64,000 nt of DNA from Bacteroidetes bacterium HGW-Bacteroidetes-4 (GTDB taxonomy: Bacteria > Bacteroidota > Bacteroidia > Bacteroidales > SZUA-534). Under the pieces are notes generated by a model. The model saw nothing but the letters and a program-made list of their open reading frames with translations. It was not told the origin of the DNA and ran no database searches. Of the stretch, positions 46,021-54,884 are shown one piece after another (position 1 is the stretch's first letter; every line of letters starts with the position of its first letter). The position numbers were made by a program, and so were the translations under genes. The stretch lies in the NCBI GenBank assembly GCA_002840905.1, contig PHDD01000001.1, positions 43,033 through 107,032 on the forward strand, read 5' to 3'.

Positions 46021-46920
46021 TTATTTAATGAGTAAATTTCTGATGTGGGTAATTTTATCATTAATGGTAGTCAGAACTTCATCAGAAACAACTGTTTCAG
46101 TAACTGAATGTACTTTGGTTAATTTTTGCTGAGGCAGTGTTGTTGGTTCCTTGTATTGGTAGTTGGTTTCCACGGCATCAAATTCGTATGAAAGATCAAT
46201 TAAATCGTCGACCAGGTTTTTCATGTCTTCCGATTCGTTATAATAAGGCTGAAGAATTTTAATTAAATTTTCGAGCGGTTGTTTGTTTTCACCCGCACGT
46301 TGAATCAGTTCTGCATTTTTAGTTTCCAGCGAAAGGGTGGTTAAAAAGTACATGGCTTCAATCCATCCGCCGGCAAGTACCAATGCTCCTTCGCGTTGAC
46401 GCTGGTTTTCCTTTAAAAAGAAATCCACATCACGATAAGTATTCGACATTATAAATAGTAAACTGTCCTGCTTGTCGATGTTGCTTTCAATACGTTTAAA
46501 AATCTGTGGGTCGATAGCTGCCGAAAGGCCTAAATCCTGAGCCAATAATTTAATTACTGAAAAATAGGTAATGGCCGCTGGTGATTGTTGATAAATGTTT
46601 AAGTAAGCTAAATCGGCACCATATATTCCCATGTTTATGGCTTTCTCGAATAAACTGGTGTATTGTTTATAGTTATCGGAAGGGTTTATTAATTCGGAAT
46701 TGTAATCGGAACCCATGCTTTTAATTAATATTGATAATTGGTAAGGCGAGGGGATACTGAACAATGAATTTTCGAAGCGGAATACTTTGCTGGTTGTGTC
46801 TAATTCTACGTTTAATGCTTTTTCAAGGCTCGAAGTGTCAGTCTTTTTATCTGATTTGCATGAAAAAGCCAGCAGGCTAACAAAGAATACAAAAAGCAAA
46901 TACTTTTGTATGATACTCAT
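46021..46920 (-). CDS. Conserved lipoprotein
   Basis: Lipobox LAFSC; SIPSP, NMGIYGADLAY, GGWIEAMY. Confidence 0.75.
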   Translation of the reverse strand: MSIIQKYLLFVFFVSLLAFSCKSDKKTDTSSLEKALNVELDTTSKVFRFENSLFSIPSPYQLSILIKSMGSDYNSELINPSDNYKQYTSLFEKAINMGIYGADLAYLNIYQQSPAAITYFSVIKLLAQDLGLSAAIDPQIFKRIESNIDKQDSLLFIMSNTYRDVDFFLKENQRQREGALVLAGGWIEAMYFLTTLSLETKNAELIQRAGENKQPLENLIKILQPYYNESEDMKNLVDDLIDLSYEFDAVETNYQYKEPTTLPQQKLTKVHSVTETVVSDEVLTTINDKITHIRNLLIK

Positions 46921-47070
46921 AATTCAGATTGTATTGGTGTTACATTATACCGCAAGTAATGAAAAAATAATGAAATCTCAAAGCAATGGACGGCAGGTAA
47001 ACACTCCATTTAAAAAAATGACAACTCATATGCAACAAGCCCATTATTATTTTAAAAAACATCTAAAGGT

Positions 47071-47103
47071 TTTGCTTATATCAACAGGGGTATTGTATAT
47101 TTG
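47071..47103 (+). promoter_or_regulatory. Bacteroidota housekeeping promoter
   Basis: TTTG-N21-TATATTTG. Confidence 0.6.
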
Positions 47104-47259
47104 GCGTCGCGTAGGGTATTTCTAAAGTATAGATAAAGAAGAATACAAACAGGCAAATAACTTTTATGAAAATAAACCGTGATGCATTTAAAGCCGGGTA
47201 AGTTTTGTTTACTCCCGGATACGATGTTTCATTTTAACCATAGTTAAAAAATTTACAGT

Positions 47260-49401
47260 ATGAAACAATTGCTATCATTATTGATACTCTTACAGTTATC
47301 GTTTCTTGGTTTAGCACAGGATAAAATGCTCACCATGAGTGATGCTATAGTGGGTCAATGGCGTAATCTGGCTCCTGAATCATTTCATAACCTTCAATGG
47401 CGCGGAAATTCAAACCAATTTACTTTTCAGGATTATTACAAAGTGTATCAGCAATCGGCTAAAAAAGCCGATTCGGTGGTGGTATTTACGTTATCGGAAC
47501 TGAACGGTATATTACGTACTAAAGCATTGGATACCTTGGCGTATCTGCCTGGTTTTACCTGGTACAACGAAAACGAGTTTCATTTCTACAGTAAAAATAC
47601 CTGGCTGGTAGTACAATTAAAAGAAAAACAGATTCTTACACAGATTACCCTGCCCGAAGCTGCTGAGAATAAAGAAATTCATTACGAATCGAAGCAGATA
47701 GCCTATACCATCGATAATAATCTTTATGTGATTGATGCTGCTAATAACCCATTGGCCATTACCGCTTCAGTAAATAAAAATATAGTTAGCGGACAATCGG
47801 TTAGCCGAAACGAATTTGGAATTAACGGTGGTATTTTCTGGTCACCAAATGGAAATAAGCTGGCTTATTACCAAAAAGATGAATCGAAAGTTAAAGATTA
47901 TCCATTGGTCGATATCACTGCCCGGGAAGCTGAAGTGAATTTTATAAAATACCCCATGGCCGGAATGGCCAGCGAGCACATAAGTGTGGGTGTTTACGAT
48001 TTTACGACAAAACAGACACAGTTTATTGAAAACCTGGATACCGTTTCGGAAAAATACCTGACCAATTTAACATGGACTCCCGACGAGCAGTATATTTATC
48101 TTCAGGTTTTGAACCGGGGGCAGAATCACATGAAGTTAAACCGCTATGCAGTTGCTGACGGATCTTTGGATAAAACGCTTTTCGAAGAAAAACACGAAAA
48201 ATACGTTGAACCCTATCATCCTTTATTATTTATCGATAACAAACCAGATCGTTTTATTTACCAATCACGAAATCAGGGTTACAATCATGCTTATTTGTAT
48301 AGTGCCGATGGACAGCTTATTAAACCTGTTACCCAAGGTGACTGGGAAATTACCGATGTGGTTTACCTCGATAAAAACAGCCTGTATTATATGGCAACCA
48401 AAGAAAGTCCGATTGAGCGGCATTTGTATAAAACGGATTTAAAAAACGGAAAAACTATAAAGCTAACTCAGGTTCAGGGAACCCATTCGGTGCTTTTTAA
48501 TGCCGGAGCCGAATTGTTTATCGACACCTGGTCAAATATAAAAACACCTAAGGTGATTGATATTGTATCGTTAAAGGGAACTAAGGTTCGCACCATTATA
48601 AAATCGGCCAATCCATTGGTAGCTTATAAACTGCCGGAAATGAAAATTGGTTCGTTAAAAGCCGCCGATGGAGTTACCGATTTATATTATCGCATAATTA
48701 AGCCGGCCGATTTTGATTCTACCCGTAAATATCCTGCCATAGTATACGTATATGGCGGTCCCCATGCGCAGCTGGTTAATAATCGTTGGCTTGGTGGCGC
48801 CCGCTTATGGGAATATTATATGGCTCAGAACGGATACGTTCTTTTTATTCTCGATAATCGGGGTTCAGCCAATCGCGGACTTGAATTTGAAAATGTGATT
48901 CACCGGCAGTGTGGTGTAAACGAAATGAAAGACCAGTTGAAAGGAATAAAACATCTGGAGTCGCTGGGTTTTGTCGATATGAACCGCATAGGTGTTCATG
49001 GCTGGAGCTATGGTGGTTTTATGACTACATCGCTGATGGTGAATTACCCCGATGTATTTAAAGTGGGAGTTGCCGGAGGTCCGGTTATTGATTGGAAATA
49101 TTACGAAGTAATGTATGGCGAACGGTATATGGATTCGCCCGACGAAAACCCCGAAGGTTATATGTTTACCTCTTTGCTTCCGCGGGCAAAAGACCTGAAA
49201 GGAAAACTGCTTATTATTCATGGGGGTGTTGATCCCACCGTAGTTTGGCAGCACAGCCAGCTTTTTCTGAGCGAATGCATCAAAAATCAGGTTCCAGTCG
49301 ATTATTTTGTTTATCCCGAAGCAGAACATAATGTTCGTGGTATTGACCGCATCCATCTGATGCAAAAAGTAACAAACTATTTCGATGATTATTTAAAATA
49401 A
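47260..49401 (+). CDS. S9B dipeptidyl/prolyl tripeptidyl peptidase (DPP-IV family)
   Basis: Signal peptide, YGGPH, GWSYGG, DPTV, EHN catalytic triad motifs. Confidence 0.92.
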   Translation: MKQLLSLLILLQLSFLGLAQDKMLTMSDAIVGQWRNLAPESFHNLQWRGNSNQFTFQDYYKVYQQSAKKADSVVVFTLSELNGILRTKALDTLAYLPGFTWYNENEFHFYSKNTWLVVQLKEKQILTQITLPEAAENKEIHYESKQIAYTIDNNLYVIDAANNPLAITASVNKNIVSGQSVSRNEFGINGGIFWSPNGNKLAYYQKDESKVKDYPLVDITAREAEVNFIKYPMAGMASEHISVGVYDFTTKQTQFIENLDTVSEKYLTNLTWTPDEQYIYLQVLNRGQNHMKLNRYAVADGSLDKTLFEEKHEKYVEPYHPLLFIDNKPDRFIYQSRNQGYNHAYLYSADGQLIKPVTQGDWEITDVVYLDKNSLYYMATKESPIERHLYKTDLKNGKTIKLTQVQGTHSVLFNAGAELFIDTWSNIKTPKVIDIVSLKGTKVRTIIKSANPLVAYKLPEMKIGSLKAADGVTDLYYRIIKPADFDSTRKYPAIVYVYGGPHAQLVNNRWLGGARLWEYYMAQNGYVLFILDNRGSANRGLEFENVIHRQCGVNEMKDQLKGIKHLESLGFVDMNRIGVHGWSYGGFMTTSLMVNYPDVFKVGVAGGPVIDWKYYEVMYGERYMDSPDENPEGYMFTSLLPRAKDLKGKLLIIHGGVDPTVVWQHSQLFLSECIKNQVPVDYFVYPEAEHNVRGIDRIHLMQKVTNYFDDYLK

Positions 49402-49418
49402 ATCTTACATTTTACCAG

Positions 49419-49450
49419 AAAAATGCCGGATAATTTGACCGGCATTTTTT
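49419..49450 (+). terminator. Intrinsic terminator
   Basis: AAATGCCGG...CCGGCATTTTTT. Confidence 0.75.
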
Positions 49451-49502
49451 ATCTGAACCGGCAATAAAAAATAAACAGGCCAAAACAGCTATAAATATAT
49501 TC

Positions 49503-50852
49503 ATGGAACAAGCACAAAAAAATAATTGGTATTCGCTTAAAAATATCTGGCTCATTGCTTTTCCCATTATTTTAGGTAGCCTGGCCCAGGATATAATAAC
49601 TGTGGTCGATACCGCATTTGTAGGACGTTTGGGTGAGATTCAGCTGGGAGCAGCAGCTATTGGAGGAATGTTTTACCTTACCCTGGTAATGTTGGGTTGG
49701 GGCTTTGGTTTGGGAGTACAGATTATGGTGGCACGCCGCTACGGCCAAAATAAAGTGCCCGAAATAAACGCCATTCTCAACCATGCTTTTGTTTTTCTGA
49801 TGTTTTTTGCTGTCATCATTTTTGTTGTTGTTAAGTTATTTGCTTTTGGCACTTTGCATCAAACCCTTCAGTCGGAAGCGATAGCTGGCGAAAGTATACG
49901 TTTTTTGGAATTCCGCATGTACGGAATCTTTGCCGCATTTACGAATACCCTTTTCCGAGCTTTTTTTATTGGTACGGCCAATACCAATGTAATAGGAATA
50001 ACCACTGCAATTATGGCTGTGGTAAATATTGTGTTAGATTACCTGCTTATTTTTGGTATAGGAATTTTTCCAGATATGGGAATTCAGGGTGCAGCACTGG
50101 CATCGGTAATTGCAGAATATACGGCCTTGTTGTTTTTTATTTTGTATACCCGGAAAAGTAGAAAGTTACAAGTTTTTGGTTTGTTTAGTTGGGTTCCGAT
50201 TAAATGGGAACAGTTAAAATCAGTTTTTTCCATTTCGTTCCCTACTATGCTTCAGAATTTTATTTCGTTTGCGGTTTGGTTTGTTTTTTTCATGTTTGTT
50301 GAACGCATGGGTGAATTGCCTTTAGCTATTTCGAATATTATTCGCAGTATATATATTGTATTGCTGGTTCCCATTTTTGGTTTTGCATCGGCAACCAATA
50401 CCTTGGTAAGTTATTCTATCGGGCGGGGCGAATTAAAACGGATTAATACCGTAATACTAAAATCGATGGGGCTTGCCATGGCAGGAATTTCAATTGTTGT
50501 TGGAGCTTTGGCTTTTATTCCGGAAAAAATCATCAGTATATACACAAACATCGACGAAGTTATTATTCAAACGGTTCCCGTTTTTTATACCGTTATGGTA
50601 GCAACCTTTACATTGGCTTTTGGCTTTATACTTTTTCAGGCAGTTTCAGGAACAGGGAAAACAAAAGTGGCCTTGTTTATCGAAATGATTGTACTCTCTT
50701 TTTATTTGGGTGTAATTTATTGGATTACCGGAACTCCGGGAGCAAAAATAAGTACTGTTTGGATGGTTGAAATTCTGTACGGCCTGGGCTTGGGTTTATT
50801 GAGCCTGGTTTATTTAAAATGGGGAAGCTGGAAAAAAAGTGCAACTATTTAG
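49503..50852 (+). CDS. MATE-family efflux transporter
   Basis: VVDTAFVGRLG, NIVLDYLLIFG..MGIQGAALAS; many TM helices. Confidence 0.92.
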   Translation: MEQAQKNNWYSLKNIWLIAFPIILGSLAQDIITVVDTAFVGRLGEIQLGAAAIGGMFYLTLVMLGWGFGLGVQIMVARRYGQNKVPEINAILNHAFVFLMFFAVIIFVVVKLFAFGTLHQTLQSEAIAGESIRFLEFRMYGIFAAFTNTLFRAFFIGTANTNVIGITTAIMAVVNIVLDYLLIFGIGIFPDMGIQGAALASVIAEYTALLFFILYTRKSRKLQVFGLFSWVPIKWEQLKSVFSISFPTMLQNFISFAVWFVFFMFVERMGELPLAISNIIRSIYIVLLVPIFGFASATNTLVSYSIGRGELKRINTVILKSMGLAMAGISIVVGALAFIPEKIISIYTNIDEVIIQTVPVFYTVMVATFTLAFGFILFQAVSGTGKTKVALFIEMIVLSFYLGVIYWITGTPGAKISTVWMVEILYGLGLGLLSLVYLKWGSWKKSATI

Positions 50853-51804
50853 TATCGGCAAGTGCCTTAACCATTTCATCGTATTCCTGATTGTTTAAAT
50901 CGTTGTAATAAAAGGCTTCGGGGTTTTTCTTGATGTTGTTTTGAATCACTTCGTAATGCAGGTGTGGACCGGTTGATGTTCCGGTGCTGCCTACAAGTCC
51001 TATTAATTGGCCTCTTTTTACATATTCACCATCCTTAACAAAAATTTTACTACAATGTGCATACAAGGTTTTATAACCGTAGCCGTGGTTTATTACAATG
51101 CGGTTTCCATAACCAATGGTCGATAATTTAACCGAACTGACAATTCCATTTCCGGTTGCATATATGGCTTTTCCGGTTCTTGCGGCAAAGTCAACCCCGT
51201 CGTGACGGTGTACTTTTTTGGTTATAGGGTGTACCCTGCGACCAAATGGTGAAGAGATTCTGAAATAATCGTAAGGGGCAACAGGTGCAATAGCTGGTAA
51301 CGATAGAAGACTGTCTTCTTTGTTTATTACCAGATGAATTACCGTATCGTACGAGCGATGTTGTACTTCGAGTTGGTTCAATAAAATATCCCCTTTCTTC
51401 AAAACATCAATCAAAACTTCACTGTTTTCGAAGGCTTGTAAGTGATTGTATTTGTCAACACCACCAAAACCTGCCTGACGGATACTGGGCGAAATGGGAT
51501 TGGTTTGCGAAATAACCCGGTAGAAATTGTCGTCACGATGTTGCACTTCGTCAATAAATAACGCTATTTGCTCAAATTGGTTATTTATTGAAGTTATATT
51601 GTTTAATAAAAGTTGGTTTTGTTTTTCAAGAACAATTTTTTCAGGCGATTCCATAGCATCAAAAAAAGCAATACCCCATACAAGAAAACCTAATGAGGCT
51701 CCTGCTATCAGATATTTTGCTATGTTTTTCAGTCGTTTTTTTAAGGTAATTTCCTCTGGCCTAAAAACGAGTTTTTCAGTATCAAGAATGTATTTTTGTC
51801 TCAT
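50845..51804 (-). CDS. M23-family peptidase
   Basis: HDGVDF, YAH, STGPHLHYEV. Confidence 0.92.
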   Translation of the reverse strand: MRQKYILDTEKLVFRPEEITLKKRLKNIAKYLIAGASLGFLVWGIAFFDAMESPEKIVLEKQNQLLLNNITSINNQFEQIALFIDEVQHRDDNFYRVISQTNPISPSIRQAGFGGVDKYNHLQAFENSEVLIDVLKKGDILLNQLEVQHRSYDTVIHLVINKEDSLLSLPAIAPVAPYDYFRISSPFGRRVHPITKKVHRHDGVDFAARTGKAIYATGNGIVSSVKLSTIGYGNRIVINHGYGYKTLYAHCSKIFVKDGEYVKRGQLIGLVGSTGTSTGPHLHYEVIQNNIKKNPEAFYYNDLNNQEYDEMVKALADTK

Positions 51805-51970
51805 TGTAAAGTCGTTCGTAAGTGCAAATATATTTTTTTTTGCGAAAAATCAACTACTTACAGTATTTATTTTTACAATTCTTTTAATTCTGCAGTTGAT
51901 TTTGGTGTGGTTTTTAGCTTATTAGGACAGGCTGTGATTTGATGTTTTTCAAAGTTTCAAACTTTATTGC

Positions 51971-52044
51971 TGACTAAATGGCATTTTGTTCCCGTTTTTT
52001 TTCTGTCAAATTTTCTCTTAATTGTTAGTGGCAATGCAATTGAT
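51971..52044 (+). promoter_or_regulatory. Putative sigma54 promoter (TGGCA-N6-TTGAT, 52029-52044) and upstream TGACTAAATGGCA site
   Basis: -24/-12 spacing matches the sigma54 consensus, 29 nt before the clpB ATG. Confidence 0.5.
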
Positions 52045-52073
52045 GCTTATCGAGCAATAAAAAATACAGAGCT

Positions 52074-54665
52074 ATGAATTTAAATAATTATACCTTAAAA
52101 GCACAGGAAGTAGTGGAATTTGCTACTCAGCTTGCTTTGCAGCAGGGAAACCAGGCTATTGACAATGGTCATTTGCTAAAAAGTATGTTGGAGGTTGAAC
52201 CTAATATTTCACAATTCATTTTACAAAAGCATCAACTGGTTGAAAATCAATTTACAAAACTGATTGATAGTATAATAGCATCGTATCCAAAGGTTGAAGG
52301 AGGTTCTCCATATTTGTCGAACGATTTGGCGGCAACTTTTAATAACGCACAACAATATGCGAATAAAAATGGCGATAAGTTTGTGTCGGTTGAGCATTTT
52401 TGGATAGGATTGATTCAGAACAAAGATCAAATTGCTTTGATGCTGAAAGATCAGGGTTTTTCAAAAGATTCCTTAATTAAAACTATAACTGAACTTACCA
52501 AAGGAAAAAAAGTGGATAGTGTAAGTGCTGAGAATGCCTACGATTCGTTAAGTCGTTATGCGATTAACCTGAATGAAATGGCGGCTAACGGAAAACTCGA
52601 TCCGGTAATTGGACGCGACGAGGAAATTCGTAGGATAATGCAAATTTTGAGTCGCCGCACAAAAAACAATCCCATAATTATAGGAGAGCCTGGGGTTGGA
52701 AAAACGGCCATAGCCGAAGGTATCGCCCGACGAATTTTGGACGGTGATGTTCCTGAAAACCTGAAAAATAAGCGCATCTTTTCGTTAGATATGGGTGCTT
52801 TGGTAGCCGGAGCAAAATACAAAGGTGAGTTCGAAGAGCGTTTAAAAGCAGTGGTAAAGGAAGTGATTGAATCGCAGGGCGAAATCGTTTTATTCATCGA
52901 CGAGATTCATACCCTGGTGGGTGCCGGAAAAGGCGAAGGAGCCATGGATGCGGCAAACATTTTAAAACCGGCTTTGGCTCGTGGCGAATTACGGGCCATT
53001 GGTGCTACTACTTTAAATGAATATCAAAAATATTTTGAAAAAGATAAAGCCCTGGAGCGTCGATTCCAGATTGTTATGGTTGATGAACCTGATATAATAA
53101 GTACCATTTCCATATTACGTGGCTTAAAAGAACGTTACGAAACACATCACAAAGTACGCATTCAGGACGATGCCTTAATTGCTGCTGCGGAACTTTCAGA
53201 GCGGTACATCAGCGACAGGTTTTTACCCGATAAAGCCATCGATTTAATTGATGAAGCAGCATCGAAACTACGGCTCGAGATGAATTCTGTTCCCGAAGAA
53301 ATTGATGAACTGGCGCGTTCCATAAAACAATTGGAAATTGAACGTGAAGCCATAAAAAGGGAAGGAAGTTCTGAAAAGTTACAATTAATAAAAAAAGAAT
53401 TGGCCGAGTTGAATGAACTGTATGCATCAAAAAAGGCTAAATGGGAATCAGAAAAAATGGTTATCAATAGTTTGCAACAAAATAAAAAACTGATTGAAGA
53501 ATTGAAATTGCAGGCCGAGAAAGCCGAACGAAATGGAGATTATGGAAAAGTTGCCGAAATACGCTATGGAAAAATAAAGGAAGTTGAGGAAAATTTAGAA
53601 AAACTAAAGCAGGAATTAAAAGATATGCAGGCAAATGAAGCCTTAATTCAGGAGGAAGTTACCGCTGAAGATATTGCCGAAGTAGTTTCGCGATGGACCC
53701 GAATCCCGGTTAAACGGATGTTGCAATCGGAAAAAGAAAAGCTTTTGCATCTGGAAGAAGAATTGCATAAAAGAGTAGTGGGCCAGAATGAAGCTATTGG
53801 TGCCATTTCAGATGCTGTGAGGCGCAGCCGTGCCGGAATGCAGGATGCCAATCGCCCCATTGGTTCGTTTATATTTTTAGGAACAACCGGCGTTGGCAAA
53901 ACTGAGTTAGCCAAAGCATTGGCCGAATTTTTATTCGACGACGAAAACCAGATTACCCGCATCGATATGAGCGAATACCAGGAACGTCATTCGGTATCAC
54001 GTTTAATTGGTGCTCCTCCCGGTTATGTCGGCTACGACGAAGGCGGCCAGCTAACCGAAGCAGTTCGCCGGAAGCCTTATTCGGTAGTGTTGCTCGACGA
54101 AATTGAAAAAGCGCATCCTGATGTATTTAATATTTTGCTTCAGGTACTCGACGAAGGTCGTTTAACTGACAATAAAGGTCGCACCGTGAATTTTAAAAAT
54201 ACCATAATTATTATGACTTCAAATACCGGTTCGCACCTTATTCAGTCGGAGTTTGAGAAATTGAACGATAACAATGTGGAAGAATTAGTGGAATCGACGC
54301 GTTTAAAGGTTTTTGATTTGCTCAAACAAAATATTAAACCCGAGTTTTTAAACCGGATAGATGAAGTAATTGTGTTTACCCCTTTGTTTAAAGATGATAT
54401 AAAACAAATTGTGAACCTGCAGTTTAAGCAAATTCAGAATCGTTTGGCCAACAGCCGACTGAAAATTTCGATTACCAAAGCGGCTATCGACTGGTTGGCT
54501 ACACAGGGTTATAATCCAACTTTTGGGGCGCGCCCATTAAAACGGTTATTGCAAAAGAGTATTTTGAATGAACTTTCAAAAGCCATTATTGCCGAACAAG
54601 TAAAACCCGACGATCAAATTCAAATTGACATAAAGGATGGTGTTCCATTTTTTATCAATAAGTAA
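52074..54665 (+). CDS. clpB: ATP-dependent chaperone ClpB
   Basis: Two AAA+ modules ([16 protein letters not shown]), middle coiled coil, 863 aa. Confidence 0.97.
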   Translation: MNLNNYTLKAQEVVEFATQLALQQGNQAIDNGHLLKSMLEVEPNISQFILQKHQLVENQFTKLIDSIIASYPKVEGGSPYLSNDLAATFNNAQQYANKNGDKFVSVEHFWIGLIQNKDQIALMLKDQGFSKDSLIKTITELTKGKKVDSVSAENAYDSLSRYAINLNEMAANGKLDPVIGRDEEIRRIMQILSRRTKNNPIIIGEPGVGKTAIAEGIARRILDGDVPENLKNKRIFSLDMGALVAGAKYKGEFEERLKAVVKEVIESQGEIVLFIDEIHTLVGAGKGEGAMDAANILKPALARGELRAIGATTLNEYQKYFEKDKALERRFQIVMVDEPDIISTISILRGLKERYETHHKVRIQDDALIAAAELSERYISDRFLPDKAIDLIDEAASKLRLEMNSVPEEIDELARSIKQLEIEREAIKREGSSEKLQLIKKELAELNELYASKKAKWESEKMVINSLQQNKKLIEELKLQAEKAERNGDYGKVAEIRYGKIKEVEENLEKLKQELKDMQANEALIQEEVTAEDIAEVVSRWTRIPVKRMLQSEKEKLLHLEEELHKRVVGQNEAIGAISDAVRRSRAGMQDANRPIGSFIFLGTTGVGKTELAKALAEFLFDDENQITRIDMSEYQERHSVSRLIGAPPGYVGYDEGGQLTEAVRRKPYSVVLLDEIEKAHPDVFNILLQVLDEGRLTDNKGRTVNFKNTIIIMTSNTGSHLIQSEFEKLNDNNVEELVESTRLKVFDLLKQNIKPEFLNRIDEVIVFTPLFKDDIKQIVNLQFKQIQNRLANSRLKISITKAAIDWLATQGYNPTFGARPLKRLLQKSILNELSKAIIAEQVKPDDQIQIDIKDGVPFFINK

Positions 54666-54884
54666 TCGGTATTTGGTAATTTTTAAGCAACCTGATTTGA
54701 ATTAGTAAGTCAGCTATTTAAACCCAAAGAACGCTTTACCGTTGTTTGGTTTTTTTTTAATCACATACACCGGTGAATTCAATTTTCACTATTTGCATCC
54801 AATTAATTGCTTTTAAAACATATTGCTTTTTAATGCCCGTTTTTTTTCGTAAAATAGCGTTCAAATTCAGTAAAACAGCATTTC

